A DNA stretch of 63,024 nt, the filler included, from Alcyonidium flabelliforme (Eukaryota): assembly GCA_026167845.1 (NCBI GenBank). It is 37 parts of 37 records of this genome, joined end to end, with 100 filler letters (N's around TTAATTAATTAA, not from the genome) between each part and the next. Parts side by side here need not be neighbours in the genome. Positions count along the whole stretch, not along the records: positions 59,881 to 61,405 come from JAOQFJ010000122.1; positions 61,506 to 63,024 come from JAOQFJ010000123.1; 35 more parts are not named here. One strand, written 5' to 3'. Below the pieces are notes generated by a model, which did not search any database, had not been told where the DNA came from, and was given only the letters and a program-made list of their open reading frames with translations. How positions within the stretch are numbered: position 1 is the first letter of the stretch; every line of letters starts with the position of its first letter. Positions 59,900 through 63,024 of this stretch are shown one piece after another. The position numbers were made by a program, and so were the translations under genes.

Positions 59900-60102
59900 A
59901 TGTTGCTAGTGTACGAGTCCTTTGTTGAACATAACTTACTTGCATATGAGTGAAAAAGTTATTGATTGAGAGCTTCTTATGCCTTAAAAAGTCAAACCTA
60001 TTCTAGAGAGTAGGTTAAAGTTAGACACAAAAGATCTCAAATCTTCTTGAATGTTTTTACTCAGATGCAAGTAAGTGTGTGTTCAACAAATGATCCATAC
60101 AC
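59900..60102. mobile_element. Third, internally deleted copy of the palindromic MITE family
   Basis: GAGTCCTTTGTTGAACATAACTTACTTGCAT matches 47913 onward; inverted arm at about 60060-60097. Confidence 0.8.
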
Positions 60103-61505
60103 ATACCAATATACAAATAAAACCAGTTTCAATTCATTGCAATCCTTAAATAAGTAGTAAGTTTACAGAATATTCATTTCCAATATGGGTTAGCTACGTC
60201 GCATATGGGCATATCACTGTACAGCACTACAAACGTAACTTTGATAGCAATTAGCCATAACCTAACAAGTACTATGAACAATTATAACGTTAGAACCCAC
60301 CTGCTGAAATAAGCAGGATTAACTATAGGACAATAAACTGTCAGTGGATTAATTCTTATCAAGACATATGCAATCCAACAAAATCTGGACTTATCGCCAT
60401 TGAATTGTAGTGCATTATTGCCAAAGAAACGTTAACAAATGAACATGGAGTTCAATTAAGACTTTTATGAAAAACTTAAAACACTCCTAAGATTAGTTTA
60501 GGAATTAGGATATCGCTTTGAAATTAGTTGATGTGTTCGTGCGTTATTTGCTAACAAAATAAAACAAAATATGCAGAAAAGTTATTCATGATGGGAAAAT
60601 GAGTCTACAATTTCATAAAGATAAGAAGCTTTTCGTAACCTTCACCGCAAGAAAACTATGTAGGAAGTCTTAGACGATAAATACAAATTCACATTACGAA
60701 GTAATGATCATTTCCACCCAGTGTGTCGTTTGTTAACAACAGTCCTTTGGTTGTGTTTGAGTGCTACCAGGGTTTACCTGAAAGAAATATGTAGTGAATT
60801 ACCAATAAAAAAACCATGCTACTTAGAGCTAACATTCCAAATTATGAGACACCAGATATATAATATTGAAGCATAAGATAAGATTTAACTTATAAGAATT
60901 CTGAAGGTACAGTTGATTATGAGCTTCAAGTATCCAGGTTTTAAGTATCCAGACTAAGTCATAACATCTCGTTTCTTTTGATATGTGTTTGATCTGCATG
61001 GTATGCTTTTTATCAGAATGAATCCATTGGAATTACCTGCCCCTTCAAATTGTGCCAGAGTCCACCATGGCCGGGTTAGTTCTCTGTTTTGTTGAGAGAG
61101 CCCATAAGTCGTATCTGATACCATTTGTGAGCATTTTCTGAAATAAACATACTGAGTTTAGTCATATAATGTGTTTCGTGTAAAACAAATTCAAAACAAT
61201 TGTCCATACTGTATTATGAATCTAAGCAAATATTTGGTCACATCACGTGACCTCATTCCCTCAACTGAGGAAAATGTTTTTGAAAAAATGTTTCATACTA
61301 AGCCGGACTTGGGCTTGAATTTAACAAACTTTGTTAAAAAAATAACTGAAAATGGTTAAGTTGTAGGCCTTTTTCACTTATTGATAATTCTACACTTGTA
61401 AGTAGNNNNNNNNNNNNNNNNNNNNNNNNNNNNNNNNNNNNNNNNNNNNTTAATTAATTAANNNNNNNNNNNNNNNNNNNNNNNNNNNNNNNNNNNNNNN
61501 NNNNN

Positions 61506-63024
61506 ATGGAATTGAGTCAAAGAATTGGAAGAAAGAGAACGCCATCTCCTCATCAACTAGATGTGCAGAGGACAACATGACAGAGCTGAAATTGGGTTTC
61601 ATCGACATCAAAAACTCACCAAAGCTATGACCCCATCTGAGCACAGAAAATGTATCTCCAGCCTCATCAAAGAAGTTGATGAAGAGGACATGATAATTTT
61701 CCTCCACTCCTGTGCCAAACAAGGACAATTCCTTAAATGGGACACTGCCATGCAAGTAGATACATCTTGGAACAAACTACTATACGTCTGGTCGCCAGAA
61801 CTACTATCATTTCACATCAATGCCATCCACGATCTGCTACCATCACCAGCAAATCTAAAACTGTGGGGAAAAACAGATACTGGCACATGCAAACTATGCC
61901 ACCACACCAATTGCACACTGTTTCACATCTTAAATGGTTGCAACTACTCACTCCATGATGGCCGATATAACTGGCGACATGATCATACCCTGAAGATGAT
62001 TGCAAATGGTTTACTTCCATTCATCACTGATGCTAACAGTCAATCCAACCATGACTGCAACAACAGACACCACACTGTTAAAGCACCCCAATTCAAGACT
62101 GCTAGTGGAAGATCCTACCACAACCCTGATCTTCCCTTTGCTGAAGATTTTGCCACCAACATCCTAAGCAGAACCAATGACTGGGTCCTAATAATGGATG
62201 AAGAATTTAACCAGATGGCATTTCCTCCTCAAATTTGTGAAACATCAAAGCGACCTGACATAACCATCTTCTCTCAGAAGACGCAAACAGTAATAATAAT
62301 TGAACTTACTGTACCAATTGAGGAAAACCTGGCAAATGCCTATGCTAGAAAGAAATGCAAATATGACCAACTAGTAGCGGACTGCGAAAACAGAGGATGG
62401 AAAACATTTTACTTTCCCGTCGAGGTTGGCAGCAGAGGCTTCTACAACACCTCTCTAACGAAATGCCTTGCAGCCCTTGGAATACCAAGAGGTCGCCGAA
62501 AACCAATCCTAGACGATGCCTCCAGAACAGCCCTTCGAGCCAGCTACTTCATCTGGCTGAACAGAAGAAACCAACACATGCAGCGGTGTGATCTTACACA
62601 CACAGAAATGAGGGAAGAGAGACGGTTGAGCGCTCATGAAACCGGTTTAACCCACCAAAGTCTGGTCCGAAGTCCAGAGACCTCATCACAAAGACCTACT
62701 GCAGCTCCAAATACTGCAAAGGACTGTGTTCAACAGGAAGAGCTTACCAATCCAAGCAAAAAGCACCAAGACACAGTCTCCCATCACAATGTCCGAAATA
62801 CAAAGACATCAGGGAACCCCAGGAATTCCAGAGCAAAGAAACCAACCATTGTTCTAGAAGCAACTAACAATGACTTTGGTCCTCCTGTGAACCATCACTC
62901 TCTCGACGAAAGTCCAGGGACCTCAGAGAAATCAAATGGCTTGCAAAAACAGAGATCTGCTATTGTTCCAGAAATGACTGACAATGACTGCTAAGACAAA
63001 CCAGTTTTATCCGTAGTCCAGAGA
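61506..63024 (+). mobile_element. HERO-clade non-LTR retrotransposon ORF: zinc knuckle, restriction-like endonuclease and an unusual Ser/Thr/Pro-rich tail; 5' partial
   Basis: CKLC...TLFHILNGC, GRYNWRHD, RPDI, IELTVPIEEN, KKCKY, PVEVGSRGF, ASYFIWLNR. Confidence 0.92.

Overview
This window is not one locus. It is about 37 unrelated contigs of 1.5-1.7 kb, joined by an artificial N-TTAATTAATTAA-N linker, and looks like a metagenome of a marine-invertebrate-like host plus bacteria, phages and fungi (origins inferred from gene families and composition). Host-type contigs are mostly transposon debris: CR1/L2-like LINE ends, three Penelope-like GIY-YIG ends with minimal hammerhead motifs, Helitron, Harbinger, hAT, MITEs, SINEs and tandem repeats. 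Fungal-type contigs carry Ty1/copia pieces and RIP-like DNA. Bacterial and phage contigs carry a RES-Xre toxin-antitoxin pair next to an ART-like ORF, a 5S rRNA end followed by a HEPN/Toprim-N + Toprim gene, an Ig-repeat adhesin, a CDP-glycerol transferase, ttdB and a LysR regulator, a tyrosine recombinase, type IVb pilus genes, an HK97 portal, a Clp head protease and virion genes. The strongest observation links two contigs. The C-terminal tail of a HERO-clade RLE non-LTR retrotransposon ORF (61506-63024) is homologous over about 255 nt to 29441-29695 (minus strand). There the same reading frame runs on, through one stop, into an intronless AMSH/STAMBP-like JAMM deubiquitinase domain. This suggests a retrotransposon family that has captured a JAMM DUB. 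All calls are by motif recognition only; no searches were run.
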